Origin: Eledone cirrhosa
Taxonomy: Eukaryota
NCBI GenBank assembly: GCA_964016885.1
Contig: OZ024745.1
Coordinates: 37,820,001 to 37,884,000 of the forward strand
Length of the DNA: 64,000 bases
Reading direction: 5' to 3'
Shown: piece by piece, positions 63,961-64,000 of the stretch
How the letters are laid out: the number at the start of each line of letters is the position of its first letter
Numbering within the stretch: position 1 is the first letter of the stretch
Translations under genes and position numbers: made by a program
The notes under the pieces: generated by a model
The model's input: only the letters and a program-made list of their open reading frames with translations
Database searches by the model: none
Told to the model about the DNA's origin: nothing

Positions 63961-64000
63961 CCCAACTATAATTTCTCTCTTATGTTGTCCCTGTCTATTT

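Overview
AT-rich, microsatellite-dense animal genomic DNA. The SINE and repeat content resembles an octopus or other coleoid cephalopod, which is an inference. One host gene is supported: a minus-strand relaxin-receptor-like LRR GPCR (LGR type C). It has two 72-nt LRR exons (53371-53442, 44853-44924), a large 7TM exon (29482-30320) and a TM7/C-tail exon (about 27851-28071); its 5' exons were not found and probably lie beyond the window. The rest is mostly mobile DNA: an apparently intact two-ORF Tx1/L1-type LINE (33272-39296), R4/Dong-like retroposon fragments interleaved with Tx1 3' ends in (TAA)n tracts, a decayed Helitron plus a mini-Helitron, several Penelope-like elements and many tRNA-derived SINEs. 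The least expected signal is at least 14 minimal type I hammerhead ribozyme motifs, mostly in (TA)n-flanked fold-back elements. Two unrelated families carry the compensatory U3-A8 core variant. One of them forms a head-to-tail trimer of about 500-nt rod-like units (7911-9393) that resembles a retrozyme or circular-RNA-producing system. Most short ORFs in the supplied track are microsatellite or antisense artefacts.
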